From: a bacterium
GTDB lineage: Bacteria > Patescibacteriota > Patescibacteriia > 2-12-FULL-60-25
DNA length: 61,393 nt
Direction: 5' to 3'
Assembly (NCBI GenBank): GCA_021806685.1
Contig: JAJZQU010000001.1
Span: forward strand, 1-61,393
In this document: positions 16,239-25,466 of the stretch, piece by piece
How the letters are laid out: each line of letters opens with the position of its first letter
How positions within the stretch are numbered: position 1 is the first letter of the stretch
Program-made: the position numbers and the translations under genes
The notes under the pieces: model-generated
What the model was told of the DNA's origin: nothing
Seen by the model: the letters and a program-made list of their open reading frames with translations, nothing else
Database searches by the model: none

Positions 16239-16763
16239 ATGCGTTTCAAGAACCCTGCTGATTTTCTCGGTTGGCTCAACGAGTGCGTAGTCATTCACGT
16301 TGACCCGAAGGGGACGCGATTCGTCGAACGACCTCAGGTCGAAAGGCAAGGCTACGGCCAGCAGTGCATACTTTCGCTTGAGCAACCCAAGCGGCTTGTC
16401 TGGGCCGTCGAGGTCGACAGGATATTGGAAGGGCCGTGCCCGCCGAGGGACTATCAAAGTGTTGACTTGGATAAGTTCCCGATGGGGAAATGCGTCAAGT
16501 ACGCGAACCAGCCAGATGCACCGGATAAATCCTGGTTGCACGAATCTCTCGCATTGGAGGGCATGAAGGACGTCAAGAGAATCCTCGTGTTCGCGGAGTG
16601 CTGCGGCAGCTACAGTCCTGAGTACCAGGCTAGGATTCGTCGGCTCTTTCCTCAGATCGAGTGGATGTTTGTAGAAGTCCGCGATCTTTGCGAAAACTCG
16701 TACAATCATCCGGTTGAAATCGCCGATGACTTCGTAAGAGCCGGCGTACTGCGGATCGAGTGA
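16239..16763 (+). CDS. Hypothetical protein (GC-richer, SD-bearing orphan)
   Basis: AAGGAGG lies 5 nt before the ATG at 16239. Codons are mostly C/G-ending, and the terminator at 16787..16820 follows. No family recognised. Confidence 0.6.
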   Translation: MRFKNPADFLGWLNECVVIHVDPKGTRFVERPQVERQGYGQQCILSLEQPKRLVWAVEVDRILEGPCPPRDYQSVDLDKFPMGKCVKYANQPDAPDKSWLHESLALEGMKDVKRILVFAECCGSYSPEYQARIRRLFPQIEWMFVEVRDLCENSYNHPVEIADDFVRAGVLRIE

Positions 16764-16786
16764 ACGATATTGCCGACCACTATAGA

Positions 16787-16820
16787 ACCTGTTCGCAACT
16801 CAGCGCACAGGTCTTTTTTT
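16787..16820 (+). terminator. Intrinsic terminator of the 16239 gene
   Basis: Stem ACCTGTTCGC/GCGCACAGGT (9 of 10 positions pair), followed by a T7 run. Confidence 0.6.
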
Positions 16821-16828
16821 AACTCAGA

Positions 16829-16857
16829 ATAAAAAATGCCCGCTTATTCGGCGGGGC
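16829..16857 (-). terminator. Intrinsic terminator of the HAD gene
   Basis: A GCCCGC..GCGGGG hairpin overlaps the stop codon and is followed by a T-run on the minus strand. Confidence 0.5.
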
Positions 16858-17479
16858 AGAAAGAGGCGGCGAAGTGGAGCAGGGAGCGGTAGTGCGGCAC
16901 GTGCGGGGGAAGAGAGCCGGACGGCACACGGAAGTCCGGATCAAAGAGCGCGGCTTGGGCACCGGCGTTCGTAGCGCCACGCACGTCAGCCGGCACGGAA
17001 TCTCCGATGTGCAGCAGTTCGTCCGGCCCGATTCTCGCGAGCTCACAGACGTGTTGGAAGATGCGGGGGTCGGGTTTTTCAAACCCCACCAAGCCGCTAT
17101 CAACCACATGTTCGAAGTACGCTCTGATGCCAGCATCTTTGATGTTCTGTTCAACAGTGCCATTGGCATTACTGAGCACCAACAGACGGAACCCCTTGGC
17201 CCGAAGCGTCTCTAGGCAGGGGATAACACCTGAACCCAGGGTTTTGAACCAGATCAAGCCGCCGGAGAAAAAGGTGGTGACGTCGGGGAGCGGCAAGTTT
17301 TTCAGGACCGTGCTTTTCCCGTTGGTCTTGTTGTAGCGTGTTCTGAGTTCAGCCTCTTTGAGTTGGTCGGCTGTGAAGCTTTGTCCGTAGTACTTCTTCG
17401 CAAGCTGGTTGAACTCGTCAAAATTGGCATAAACCAGCGTGTGTCCGGCATCAAAACTGATCACCCTAGGCCTTTTCAT
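16844..17479 (-). CDS. HAD-superfamily hydrolase (GC-richer, SD-bearing)
   Basis: HAD motifs are ISFDAGHTL (I), LSNANG (II) and HIGDS..D (IV). AGGAGG lies 5 nt before the ATG at 17479. Confidence 0.8.
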   Translation of the reverse strand: MKRPRVISFDAGHTLVYANFDEFNQLAKKYYGQSFTADQLKEAELRTRYNKTNGKSTVLKNLPLPDVTTFFSGGLIWFKTLGSGVIPCLETLRAKGFRLLVLSNANGTVEQNIKDAGIRAYFEHVVDSGLVGFEKPDPRIFQHVCELARIGPDELLHIGDSVPADVRGATNAGAQAALFDPDFRVPSGSLPPHVPHYRSLLHFAASFCPAE

Positions 17480-17512
17480 GAACACCTCCTGGCAGGTTGT
17501 ACCCGATTTCGC

Positions 17513-17518
17513 TATCAT
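17513..17518 (+). promoter_or_regulatory. -10-like TATCAT, 8 nt upstream of the ligA ATG
   Basis: Read directly. No SD. It overlaps a palindrome (CTATCATATG) that could also serve the divergent HAD gene. Confidence 0.3.
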
Positions 17519-17526
17519 ATGCAAGT

Positions 17527-19599
17527 ATGACCCATGCCCAAGCCGTTGAAAGGATAGCCAAATTAAGGCAAGAAATTGACCGTTACCGCTACCAATACCA
17601 TGTCCTGAACAACCTTGAGATATCTGAGGCGGCTTTGGATGCGCTTAAGCACGAACTTTATAAACTGGAGTCAGAATTCCCAGAACTGATTACGCCTGAT
17701 TCTCCGACCCAGCGCGTGGCCGGCGGGGTTGCCAAGGGTTTTAAGAAAGTTAAGCATGAGGTGCGCATGATTTCGTTGGAAGACGTCTTTTCATTTGAGG
17801 AAGCAGAAGAATGGCTCAAGCGCATCAAAAAAATCAATCCCCATTGTGATGACCATGGCCTTTATGCCGAAATCAAAATGGATGGTTTGGCAGCTGCTTT
17901 GATTTATCGAGATGGAAAGTTGGTGCGCGGCGCCACGCGCGGAGATGGGAACGTGGGCGAGGATGTGACGACCAACCTCAAGACAATTGAATCCATCCCA
18001 TTGGTTTTGCGTAAGCCGAGCGAACGCGAATTAGATGCTTACTGCCATAAATTCCAAGGCCAGATAAACGAAAGGCACTTACGGCACATCGTGACTTCGC
18101 ACGAAGGCGAGTTAGAGATTCGCGGTGAGGTTTATATGCGTCGCAGCGTCTTAAAAAAGCTTAACGCTAAGCTTAAGAAAGATGGCGAGGCTGAGTTGGC
18201 CAACCCGCGTAACGCGGCTGCTGGCGGAGTAAGACAGTTGGACTCGAAAATTACGGCTGAGCGTCATCTTTCATTTATGGGTTGGCAAGTCGTCGGTGAC
18301 ACTGGCACCAGGACACACGAGCAGTCGCACGAACTCATGAAACTTTTGGGCTTCCCGTCAGGTGATTTCAATACTTTGTGCGATGACATCAAGGGCGTGC
18401 AAAAAGTCATGGAAAAAATCGGCAATGTCCGTGACAAGCTGGATTACCAAATTGACGGCGTCGTCATCAATATCAATGACGACAAGATTTTTTCCGATTT
18501 AGGTATTGTCGGTAAGACTCCGCGCGGTTCAGTGGCCTGGAAGTTCGCGGCTGAGCAGGGGACGACAGTTGTACGTGACATTAAAGTTTCTGTCGGCCGG
18601 ACAGGTGTCTTGACCCCGGTGGCTGTCATGGATCCTGTCCAGCTTGCCGGTACAACTGTCACGCACGCTACTTTGCACAACGAAGATGAGATCAGGCGCT
18701 TAGGTCTCAAAATCGGCGATACGGTCATTGTCGAGAAGGCCGGTGACGTGATTCCTAAGGTCGTCGAAGTCTTGTCACGGCTGCGGACAGGCAAGGAAAA
18801 AGCTTTCCATATGCCAACGCATTGCCCGATTTGCGGTTCAAAAGTCACCCGTAAGGAAGGCGAGGTGGCGACTATGTGCACTAACCCGCGTTGCTTTGCG
18901 CAGGAGCTGGCAAGCTTGGGCCACTTTGTGGCCAGGGATGCGCTGGATATCCGTGGCTTGGGCGAAAAAATCCTGGAAACATTTTTGCAAGAAGGCATCA
19001 TCAGTGAACCGGCTGATTTGTTCCGCATCCAACCAGGTGATTTGGGAGGCTTGGAAGGCTTTGGTGAAATCTTGTCCAATAAGCTGGTCAAAGAGATTCA
19101 AGAGCACCGCAAAGTAACTTTGCCGCGATTTATTTATGCCTTGGGCATCCGCCACATTGGCGCTGAGAATGCTATTGTCCTGGCGCGCCATTTCAAGACG
19201 TTTGATAAGTTGCGGGAAGCGACTCTCGAAGAATTGGATAGCATTGAAGGCGTGGGTGATGTGGTAGCTAAAGCTATCCATGATTTTTTTCACAGTAAGG
19301 ACGAGATGACAAAGGTCAATCACATCTTGGAGTTTGTTCGCGTTGAGCGCGAGACAAGCGAAGCTGCCCATGGCCGTTTATCCGGTACGACCTGGGTTTT
19401 TACGGGCACGCTTGATTCTGTGGCGCGAGATGATGCCAAAGAAATGGTGCGCAAGCTGGGCGCTGATGTTTCCGAGTCAGTTTCAAGAAAAACAACTTAT
19501 GTGGTGGTCGGGGCTGACCCCGGATCAAAGGCTGATAAGGCCAAAGAGCTGGGTGTGACAATGCTAGATGAAAAAGAGTTTTTAAAGATGTTGCGATAG
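17527..19599 (+). CDS. ligA: NAD-dependent DNA ligase
   Basis: KMDG adenylation motif, OB fold, a Cys4 zinc finger (CPICGS..C..C), HhH repeats and a C-terminal BRCT domain. Confidence 0.95.
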   Translation: MTHAQAVERIAKLRQEIDRYRYQYHVLNNLEISEAALDALKHELYKLESEFPELITPDSPTQRVAGGVAKGFKKVKHEVRMISLEDVFSFEEAEEWLKRIKKINPHCDDHGLYAEIKMDGLAAALIYRDGKLVRGATRGDGNVGEDVTTNLKTIESIPLVLRKPSERELDAYCHKFQGQINERHLRHIVTSHEGELEIRGEVYMRRSVLKKLNAKLKKDGEAELANPRNAAAGGVRQLDSKITAERHLSFMGWQVVGDTGTRTHEQSHELMKLLGFPSGDFNTLCDDIKGVQKVMEKIGNVRDKLDYQIDGVVININDDKIFSDLGIVGKTPRGSVAWKFAAEQGTTVVRDIKVSVGRTGVLTPVAVMDPVQLAGTTVTHATLHNEDEIRRLGLKIGDTVIVEKAGDVIPKVVEVLSRLRTGKEKAFHMPTHCPICGSKVTRKEGEVATMCTNPRCFAQELASLGHFVARDALDIRGLGEKILETFLQEGIISEPADLFRIQPGDLGGLEGFGEILSNKLVKEIQEHRKVTLPRFIYALGIRHIGAENAIVLARHFKTFDKLREATLEELDSIEGVGDVVAKAIHDFFHSKDEMTKVNHILEFVRVERETSEAAHGRLSGTTWVFTGTLDSVARDDAKEMVRKLGADVSESVSRKTTYVVVGADPGSKADKAKELGVTMLDEKEFLKMLR

Positions 19600-19602
19600 T
19601 CG

Positions 19603-19715
19603 ATCCCCTGATCACGCCCTTTTTCGTGAAGGGCATGATCTGTCCCCTTGGAAAGGGGACGTCGCTTGCTGAAATGCGTCCCCTTATTAAGGGGACAGGC
19701 CGGAGGCCAGGGGAT
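19603..19715 (+). repeat. Multi-hairpin structured element (closing stem ATCCCCTG/CAGGGGAT enclosing three hairpins)
   Basis: The hairpins are 19610..19640, 19642..19660 (GTCCCCTT/AAGGGGAC) and 19678..19696 (the same 8-bp stem). It belongs to the same CCCCTT/AAGGGG unit family as the recJ insert. Confidence 0.5.
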
Positions 19716-19745
19716 AGAGGGCTGATTGAGCGTAACGGTTTTTTT

Positions 19746-19754
19746 TGGTATCAT
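19746..19754 (+). promoter_or_regulatory. Extended -10 box TGGTATCAT, 8 nt upstream of the ATG at 19763
   Basis: Read directly. No SD. Confidence 0.4.
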
Positions 19755-19762
19755 GTTCAGAC

Positions 19763-21523
19763 ATGACGTCAAATTTAAGCATAAAATCCGTTTTAAAGGC
19801 CTATTGGCCATATGTTAAAGCCCAAAAAGGTTGGGTTATTTTGACTTATCTAGGCGCTTGTCTCGGCGTTGCGTGCCAATTAGTTACACCTTGGTATTAT
19901 AAGGCTCTTTTGGATACGATCGCTTCTAACATGCAGGATCCATCCAAGGTTGATTTATTGTGGATCTTATTAGGCATTCTTTTTTGGAACTTTGGTGGCT
20001 GGATCAGTTTTCGCGTGGGCGGGTTTGTTGCGTCTTATGTTCAGCCTTACATACTAGCTGCCATGGATAGGAAGAATTTGGATGATTTGCTGGGCCATTC
20101 TTACCAATTCTTCACAAATAATTTTGCCGGTTCACTGTTGCGCAAAATTCAGCGTTTTTCCAGGGCGTTTGAGCGTATTATGGATGAGACAGAATGGAAT
20201 CTCTTTCCGTTATTAATCACAATCGTGGCGACTGTCGGTGTTTTGTTCATGCGGGATGCCATGCTGGCCTGGACTACGTTGGCTTTTATACTGGTGGTGG
20301 TTCTGTTTAATTTCTTCTTTTACCGATGGAAGCTTAAATACGACCTGCAAAGAGCCGAAAAAGACACGGAAGTTTCTGGCGCCTTGGCTGATGTCATTAG
20401 CAATAGCGTGAACGTCAAATTATTCTCTGGTTATGGCTTTGAGAAAAAGAAGTTTTTTAATGTCACTGACCAGCTTAGGAGGTTGCAGAAACTGACTTGG
20501 TATTTAGGTGAAACGAATAATGCCTTCCAGGCTTTCATGGGAGTCTTCCTTGAATTTGGTGTCATGTATTTGGCTGTCAGCTTCTGGCAAAAAGGCATGA
20601 TATCAATTGGCGACTTGATTTTGGTACAGGGCTACTTAATAGCCGTGATTGGGCGTATATGGAACGTGGGTCGCATCATGAAAAATTTGTACGAGGCTTT
20701 TTCTGACGCGCAGGAAATGGTTGATATCCTTGAAAAGCCTTATGACGTACTCGATGTGAAAGGCGCCAAACCGCTCAAAATCAAAAAGGGCCAGATTGCC
20801 TTTGAAGATGTTACGTTTAACTATAACCAAACCAGGGAAATCCTCACGAATTTTGATTTGACGGTAGCGCCGGGCGAAAGGGTGGCTTTAGTCGGCCCTT
20901 CGGGTGCGGGCAAGTCCACCATCATCAAATTACTTTTGCGTTTTTATGATTTGGATGGCGGCAAGATCCAAATTGACGGACAAGATATTAAAAAGGTAAC
21001 GCAGATGAGCTTGCGCGACCAAATCGCGCTTGTGCCTCAAGATCCCTTCCTTTTCCATCGGACAGTCAGGGACAACATCCGTTACGGCTATCGTGATGCT
21101 ACGGACGAAGAGGTGAAAAAAGCTGCCAAGTTGGCCCATTGCGACGAGTTTATTGTGAACTTGCCAGATGGTTATGAGACTTATGTTGGCGAGCGCGGCA
21201 TCAAACTTTCAGGCGGGGAACGCCAACGCGTAGCTATTGCCCGCGCCATCTTGGCCAACGCGCCTATTTTAGTCTTGGACGAAGCGACTTCCAGCCTTGA
21301 TTCGGAGTCAGAAGCTTTTATCCAGGATGCCCTGAGGAACCTCATGAAAGGCAAAACAGTCCTGGTCATTGCCCACCGCCTCTCAACCATTATGCAGATG
21401 GATAGGATAGTGGTCGTTGAAGACGGCAAAGTCGTTGACCAGGGTTCACACCAAGAACTTTTATCCAGGGAGGGCTTATACCAAAAACTTTGGAATATAC
21501 AGGCTGGTGGGTTTATAAGCTAA
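19763..21523 (+). CDS. ABC exporter, fused permease/ATPase (MsbA-like)
   Basis: Six-TM N-terminal half, Walker A GPSGAGKST, signature LSGGERQR and Walker B ILVLDEATS. Confidence 0.9.
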   Translation: MTSNLSIKSVLKAYWPYVKAQKGWVILTYLGACLGVACQLVTPWYYKALLDTIASNMQDPSKVDLLWILLGILFWNFGGWISFRVGGFVASYVQPYILAAMDRKNLDDLLGHSYQFFTNNFAGSLLRKIQRFSRAFERIMDETEWNLFPLLITIVATVGVLFMRDAMLAWTTLAFILVVVLFNFFFYRWKLKYDLQRAEKDTEVSGALADVISNSVNVKLFSGYGFEKKKFFNVTDQLRRLQKLTWYLGETNNAFQAFMGVFLEFGVMYLAVSFWQKGMISIGDLILVQGYLIAVIGRIWNVGRIMKNLYEAFSDAQEMVDILEKPYDVLDVKGAKPLKIKKGQIAFEDVTFNYNQTREILTNFDLTVAPGERVALVGPSGAGKSTIIKLLLRFYDLDGGKIQIDGQDIKKVTQMSLRDQIALVPQDPFLFHRTVRDNIRYGYRDATDEEVKKAAKLAHCDEFIVNLPDGYETYVGERGIKLSGGERQRVAIARAILANAPILVLDEATSSLDSESEAFIQDALRNLMKGKTVLVIAHRLSTIMQMDRIVVVEDGKVVDQGSHQELLSREGLYQKLWNIQAGGFIS

Positions 21524-21533
21524 TTCCTTTTTT

Positions 21534-21620
21534 CTGTCATTCCGAGCGAGTTTGACGAGTCGAGGAATCTTCGTTAACTGAGATTCCTCCACTTCACTTC
21601 GTTCCGGTCGGAATGACAAA
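21534..21620 (+). repeat. MITE-like ~88-bp element (copy b)
   Basis: CTGTCATTCCGAGCGAG....CGGTCGGAATGACAAAAG terminal inverted repeats, with an internal GAGGAATC..GATTCCTC hairpin. Confidence 0.6.
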
Positions 21621-21665
21621 AGAGGGTTGGACTTCACCAGTTATTTGGGTTAAACTGGCTGTCAT

Positions 21666-21968
21666 ATGAAGTTATCCAAGGAAGAAATCGCGCATCTGGC
21701 CAAGCTGGCCAGGCTGGATTTGCCCGAAGAAAAATTGGAGAAAATAACCAAGGATTTTGGGTCTATTTTGGAATATGTCGGCCGGATCCAAAAAGTTGAT
21801 ATCCAGGGCGTTGAGCCTTTTACCATGCCCGCCAAGAGCGAGGGTTGGAGGCCGGACAAAGCATTTGAAGTCGACGAAGCAACCCGTGAACTGATCCTGG
21901 CTAATTTCCCGGAACGGGCTGGCGACCTTTTGGCTGCCCCGGGCGTTTTTGAAACACCGAAAAAGTAG
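21666..21968 (+). CDS. gatC: Asp/Glu-tRNA amidotransferase subunit C
   Basis: LSKEEIAHLAKLARLDL..EE and ~100 aa, directly upstream of gatA. Confidence 0.9.
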   Translation: MKLSKEEIAHLAKLARLDLPEEKLEKITKDFGSILEYVGRIQKVDIQGVEPFTMPAKSEGWRPDKAFEVDEATRELILANFPERAGDLLAAPGVFETPKK

Positions 21969-21971
21969 TTT

Positions 21972-23408
21972 ATGAAACCACTCAACGAAATTACAATTGC
22001 CGAAGCCCGCAAGCTGCTGGATGAAGGGGTAGTCACGTCAAAGGAATTGACCAAAGCTTGCTTGACTCAGATCCAAAGTTTGGACGGTGCGCTGCATGCT
22101 TTTTTGGAAGTTTACGCTGATGATGCTTTGGCCGCCGCTGACCAGTCTGATCAACGTCGAGCTGACGGTAATGTCTTGAGCAAATTGGATGGCATTCCAT
22201 TGGCCATCAAAGACAACATGCTTTTGCAAGGCAAGGCTTGCACGGCCGGTTCAAAAATCTTGCAAGGCCACATTGCTGCTTATAATTCGACAGCCGTCAG
22301 GAAGCTGATAGAAGCCGGAGCTGTTATTTTGGGCAGGACTAATATGGATGAGTTTGCCATGGGTTCATCTACCGAACATTCGGCTTACGGCCCGACCAAA
22401 CATCCTCGTGATCCTGAACGCGTGCCAGGCGGTTCATCCGGCGGCAGTGCCGTGGCAGTGGCAGCCAATATGTGTTTGGGCGCTCTGGGCTCTGACACAG
22501 GCGGCTCCATCCGCCAGCCAGCCTCGATGTGCGGCATTTTTGGTCTTAAGCCAACTTATGGCCGCGTATCGCGTTACGGCTTGATGGCCATGGCTTCATC
22601 CCTGGACCAGATTGGCCCCATGACAAAATGCACTGAAGATGCGGCCATTATCCTTGAAACGATCCAAGGCCAAGATCCCAGCGACCAAACCACAAGTAAT
22701 GAGGCGGCTTTTAAACCCGATTGGAAAACTTCACTTAAAGGCTTGAAGATCGGTTTGCCGAAACAGGCTTGGCAAGCAGGGGGTATCGAGAGCCGCGTGC
22801 TTGAGAATACTAAGGCAGCCCTCGCTGAATTGGAAAAAGCCGGCGCACAAATGGTAGAAATCGACCTGCCTTATGCTGACGAAGCCTTAGCTGTCTATTA
22901 TATATTGATGCCTTGCGAAGTTTCGGCTAATTTAGCGCGTTTCGATGGCATGCGTTATGGCTTGCGCAAACAAGGCATGCCCTTGTTCGAGACTTATGCC
23001 CAATCGCGCGCCGAAGGTTTTGGCGACGAAGTCATGCGCCGCATCTTGCTCGGCACGTTTGCCTTATCGTCGGGTTATATCGATGCTTATTACGTTTGTG
23101 CCAAGAAAGTTCAGGCCCTGATTCGGCAGGCTTATGCCAAGGCGTTCCAAGAAGTTGACCTGGTGGTCACGCCTACTTGCCCGGCTACTGCTTTTCGCAT
23201 GGGCGAAAAACTCAATGATCCGTTGGCAATGTATCTTGAGGATGTTTTCACGGTCAGCGTCAATGTAGCTGGCGTGCCAGCCATCTCAATGCCCTGCCAG
23301 GAAGATGGGGGAATGCCGGTCGGCCTGCAGCTCATCGGAAAGTGGTTCGACGAAGCAACAGTGCTTTCAACGGCCCGCGTTTTGGAGTCAGAGTTGTCAA
23401 AACAATAA
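21972..23408 (+). CDS. gatA: Asp/Glu-tRNA amidotransferase subunit A
   Basis: Amidase signature GGSSGGSAVAVAA and DTGGSIRQPAS. Confidence 0.95.
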   Translation: MKPLNEITIAEARKLLDEGVVTSKELTKACLTQIQSLDGALHAFLEVYADDALAAADQSDQRRADGNVLSKLDGIPLAIKDNMLLQGKACTAGSKILQGHIAAYNSTAVRKLIEAGAVILGRTNMDEFAMGSSTEHSAYGPTKHPRDPERVPGGSSGGSAVAVAANMCLGALGSDTGGSIRQPASMCGIFGLKPTYGRVSRYGLMAMASSLDQIGPMTKCTEDAAIILETIQGQDPSDQTTSNEAAFKPDWKTSLKGLKIGLPKQAWQAGGIESRVLENTKAALAELEKAGAQMVEIDLPYADEALAVYYILMPCEVSANLARFDGMRYGLRKQGMPLFETYAQSRAEGFGDEVMRRILLGTFALSSGYIDAYYVCAKKVQALIRQAYAKAFQEVDLVVTPTCPATAFRMGEKLNDPLAMYLEDVFTVSVNVAGVPAISMPCQEDGGMPVGLQLIGKWFDEATVLSTARVLESELSKQ

Positions 23409-23411
23409 ATT

Positions 23412-23885
23412 ATGTACGAAGAAACAGTTTACACAGGGTCAACGGGCGCTCCAGTCGGCTGGATAATCTTTGGCGTAGTCGCAGCGATTTTGCTCTTGAT
23501 TGGGCTTGCGTTGCTGATACGCTGGGTCAAGCGCCGACTTTCGCGGCCGGAAATGTGGGGCATGTCGCGCGAGGAAGTTACCCGGCGTTGGCAGGAAATC
23601 AGGGGAGTCAGCGGGCAGCACGGGCAGATGGGTTTGAAGATGGCGCTCATGGAAGCTGACAAACTTTTGGATTCAGCTCTCAAGTCAGTCATGATGCCGG
23701 GTGAGACCTTGGGTGAAAGGCTCAAAGTCGCTTGTTATAAGTATCCTGCTTTGAGGAATGTTTGGCCGGCCCACAAGCTCCGCAACCAACTTGTCCACCA
23801 ACATGACTTCCAGCTTTCAGACCGTGAAACCCGCAAGGCTTTGGATGAATACGAGCGCGCCCTTAAGACTTTGAACATCCTCTGA
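23412..23885 (+). CDS. Hypothetical single-TM protein
   Basis: It has an N-terminal TM and is tightly packed between gatA and lgt. No family recognised. Confidence 0.6.
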   Translation: MYEETVYTGSTGAPVGWIIFGVVAAILLLIGLALLIRWVKRRLSRPEMWGMSREEVTRRWQEIRGVSGQHGQMGLKMALMEADKLLDSALKSVMMPGETLGERLKVACYKYPALRNVWPAHKLRNQLVHQHDFQLSDRETRKALDEYERALKTLNIL

Positions 23886-23886
23886 C

Positions 23887-24636
23887 ATGATCCCTTGGTT
23901 TGAGTTCCACTCATTCATGCTTGGGCCGCTGCGCATCCAGGTTTGGGGTACGTTGGTTGCTTTGGGTTTTTTGGCGGCAATTTGGGTTGCGGCCCGCTGC
24001 GCCAAGCAACAAAACATCCATCCTAACCACATCTGGAATATGGCGCCGTGGATTTTGGTTTCGGCTTTTGTAGGTGCCCGGCTTTTCCATGTTTTATTTT
24101 ATAGCCCGATTTGGTATTGGTCGCACCCTTGGGAAGCGGTAAACTTTGCGCTCCCGGGTTTTTCCATGATGGGAGGGGTGATAGGCGGAGTTCTGGCTGG
24201 TTTGATTTATGCCAAATATCATAAGCTCAATCTTTGGTCCATGGCTGACCTTGTGGCTTATGCCTTGCCATTGGGAACTGCCATTGGGCGCATCGGATGT
24301 TTTTTGATCCACGACCATCCCGGCACGCTGACGAATTTTATTTTAGGCGTGAAATATCCTGATGGAGTGAGGCACGACCACGGCCTCTATCTCTCGCTTC
24401 TCGGTTGGGCCATTTTCATCCTCTTTTATTTTTTGGGGCGCAAGAAACGGCCGCCAGGTTATTTTGTCGGTTTATGGTTAGTCATTGACGGCTTTGTTAG
24501 ATTTGTTTTGGATTTTTACAGGATCGGGGATACGCGATATATTGGTTTGACGCCTACCCAGTGGTTACTCATCCTGACTGTCGCAACAGGCATCTGGATA
24601 CTGTTGCGTAACCGAAAACTTGAAACTGGAAACTAG
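23887..24636 (+). CDS. lgt: Prolipoprotein diacylglyceryl transferase
   Basis: Multi-TM body with GARL, GGVIGG and GRIGCF..HD motifs. The last codons (KLETGN) are encoded by GAAACT heptad repeats. Confidence 0.9.
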   Translation: MIPWFEFHSFMLGPLRIQVWGTLVALGFLAAIWVAARCAKQQNIHPNHIWNMAPWILVSAFVGARLFHVLFYSPIWYWSHPWEAVNFALPGFSMMGGVIGGVLAGLIYAKYHKLNLWSMADLVAYALPLGTAIGRIGCFLIHDHPGTLTNFILGVKYPDGVRHDHGLYLSLLGWAIFILFYFLGRKKRPPGYFVGLWLVIDGFVRFVLDFYRIGDTRYIGLTPTQWLLILTVATGIWILLRNRKLETGN

Positions 24637-24696
24637 AAACTAGAAAGAGTTTACCGGTTTAACTAAATTACTCTTTCCAGTTTAAAGTGTATAAAT

Positions 24697-25356
24697 ATGG
24701 ACCAAGCAGACAAGACAAGACAGCTATTCCTGGCAGGAGCCATTATCCTGGGCGCTTTGATTGTCGGTGGTTTGGTTTGGGCTATTGCCATGGGCCCAGG
24801 CCAAAGCAATGGCAGTATTGATGCCAACATTGTTTTTAATGATGATACGAACCCAGTCCAAGGGCCGTCAGATGCCAAGGCCACTGTCCGCATTTATAGC
24901 GATTTCCAATGCCCGGCTTGCAAGGCTGCCGAGGCGCCTTTGCGCCAAGTGATGAAAGATTACGAAGGCAAAGTGCGTTTCATTTGGAATGATTTTCCGC
25001 TCATGTCATTGCATGCCAATTCCAAGTCAGCGGCCATTGCCGGCCGCTGCGCCCAAGAGCAGGGCAAATTTTGGGAGTTTGCCGCCAAGCTTTATGATTC
25101 ACAGGAACAATGGTCAACCTTGCCCGCTCCCAGTGATTTTTTCATAAATCTGGCTGACAGCCTTGCTTTGGACAAGGAGCACTTTGCGGCTTGCTTGGGC
25201 CAGGATGCGCCGGCCGCCAAGGTTATAGGGGATTATCAAGAAGCTATGGGCATGGGTTTGGATTCAACGCCCAGCTTTTTCGTGAACCGGCAAAAATATG
25301 TTGGTGTCCTGGATGTCAATACTTGGCACCAAGTTTTGGATGCGCAACTCAAATAG
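24697..25356 (+). CDS. Membrane-anchored DsbA/thioredoxin-fold thiol:disulfide oxidoreductase
   Basis: N-terminal TM and a CPAC active site (DFQCPACK). Confidence 0.8.
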   Translation: MDQADKTRQLFLAGAIILGALIVGGLVWAIAMGPGQSNGSIDANIVFNDDTNPVQGPSDAKATVRIYSDFQCPACKAAEAPLRQVMKDYEGKVRFIWNDFPLMSLHANSKSAAIAGRCAQEQGKFWEFAAKLYDSQEQWSTLPAPSDFFINLADSLALDKEHFAACLGQDAPAAKVIGDYQEAMGMGLDSTPSFFVNRQKYVGVLDVNTWHQVLDAQLK

Positions 25357-25466
25357 CCCCTTAAGTCACAGATAGGTTTGACAATTGGTTACGCGGACAT
25401 GAAAATGTAGCAACTAAGACCATTAGGTCTGTTGATAAAATTATCCACAGTTAACTATTTCACTTT

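Noticed and set aside
16170-17490. The GC-rich block with the hypothetical and HAD genes as a single mobile island delivered with the DUF559 cassette
   Set aside because: It has no integrase or transposase and no flanking repeat beyond the DUF559 repeats. The two genes are convergent with separate promoters and terminators. It is better described as two of the dispersed orphan modules, and adjacency to DUF559 may be coincidental.
25441-25449. Perfect DnaA box TTATCCACA between the two dsbA-like genes, and a one-mismatch box (TTATCCCCA, reverse complement of 58917..58925) upstream of dnaB; possible oriC
   Set aside because: These are single isolated boxes with no cluster, no adjacent AT-rich unwinding element and no dnaA/dnaN nearby. 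That is insufficient for an origin call.
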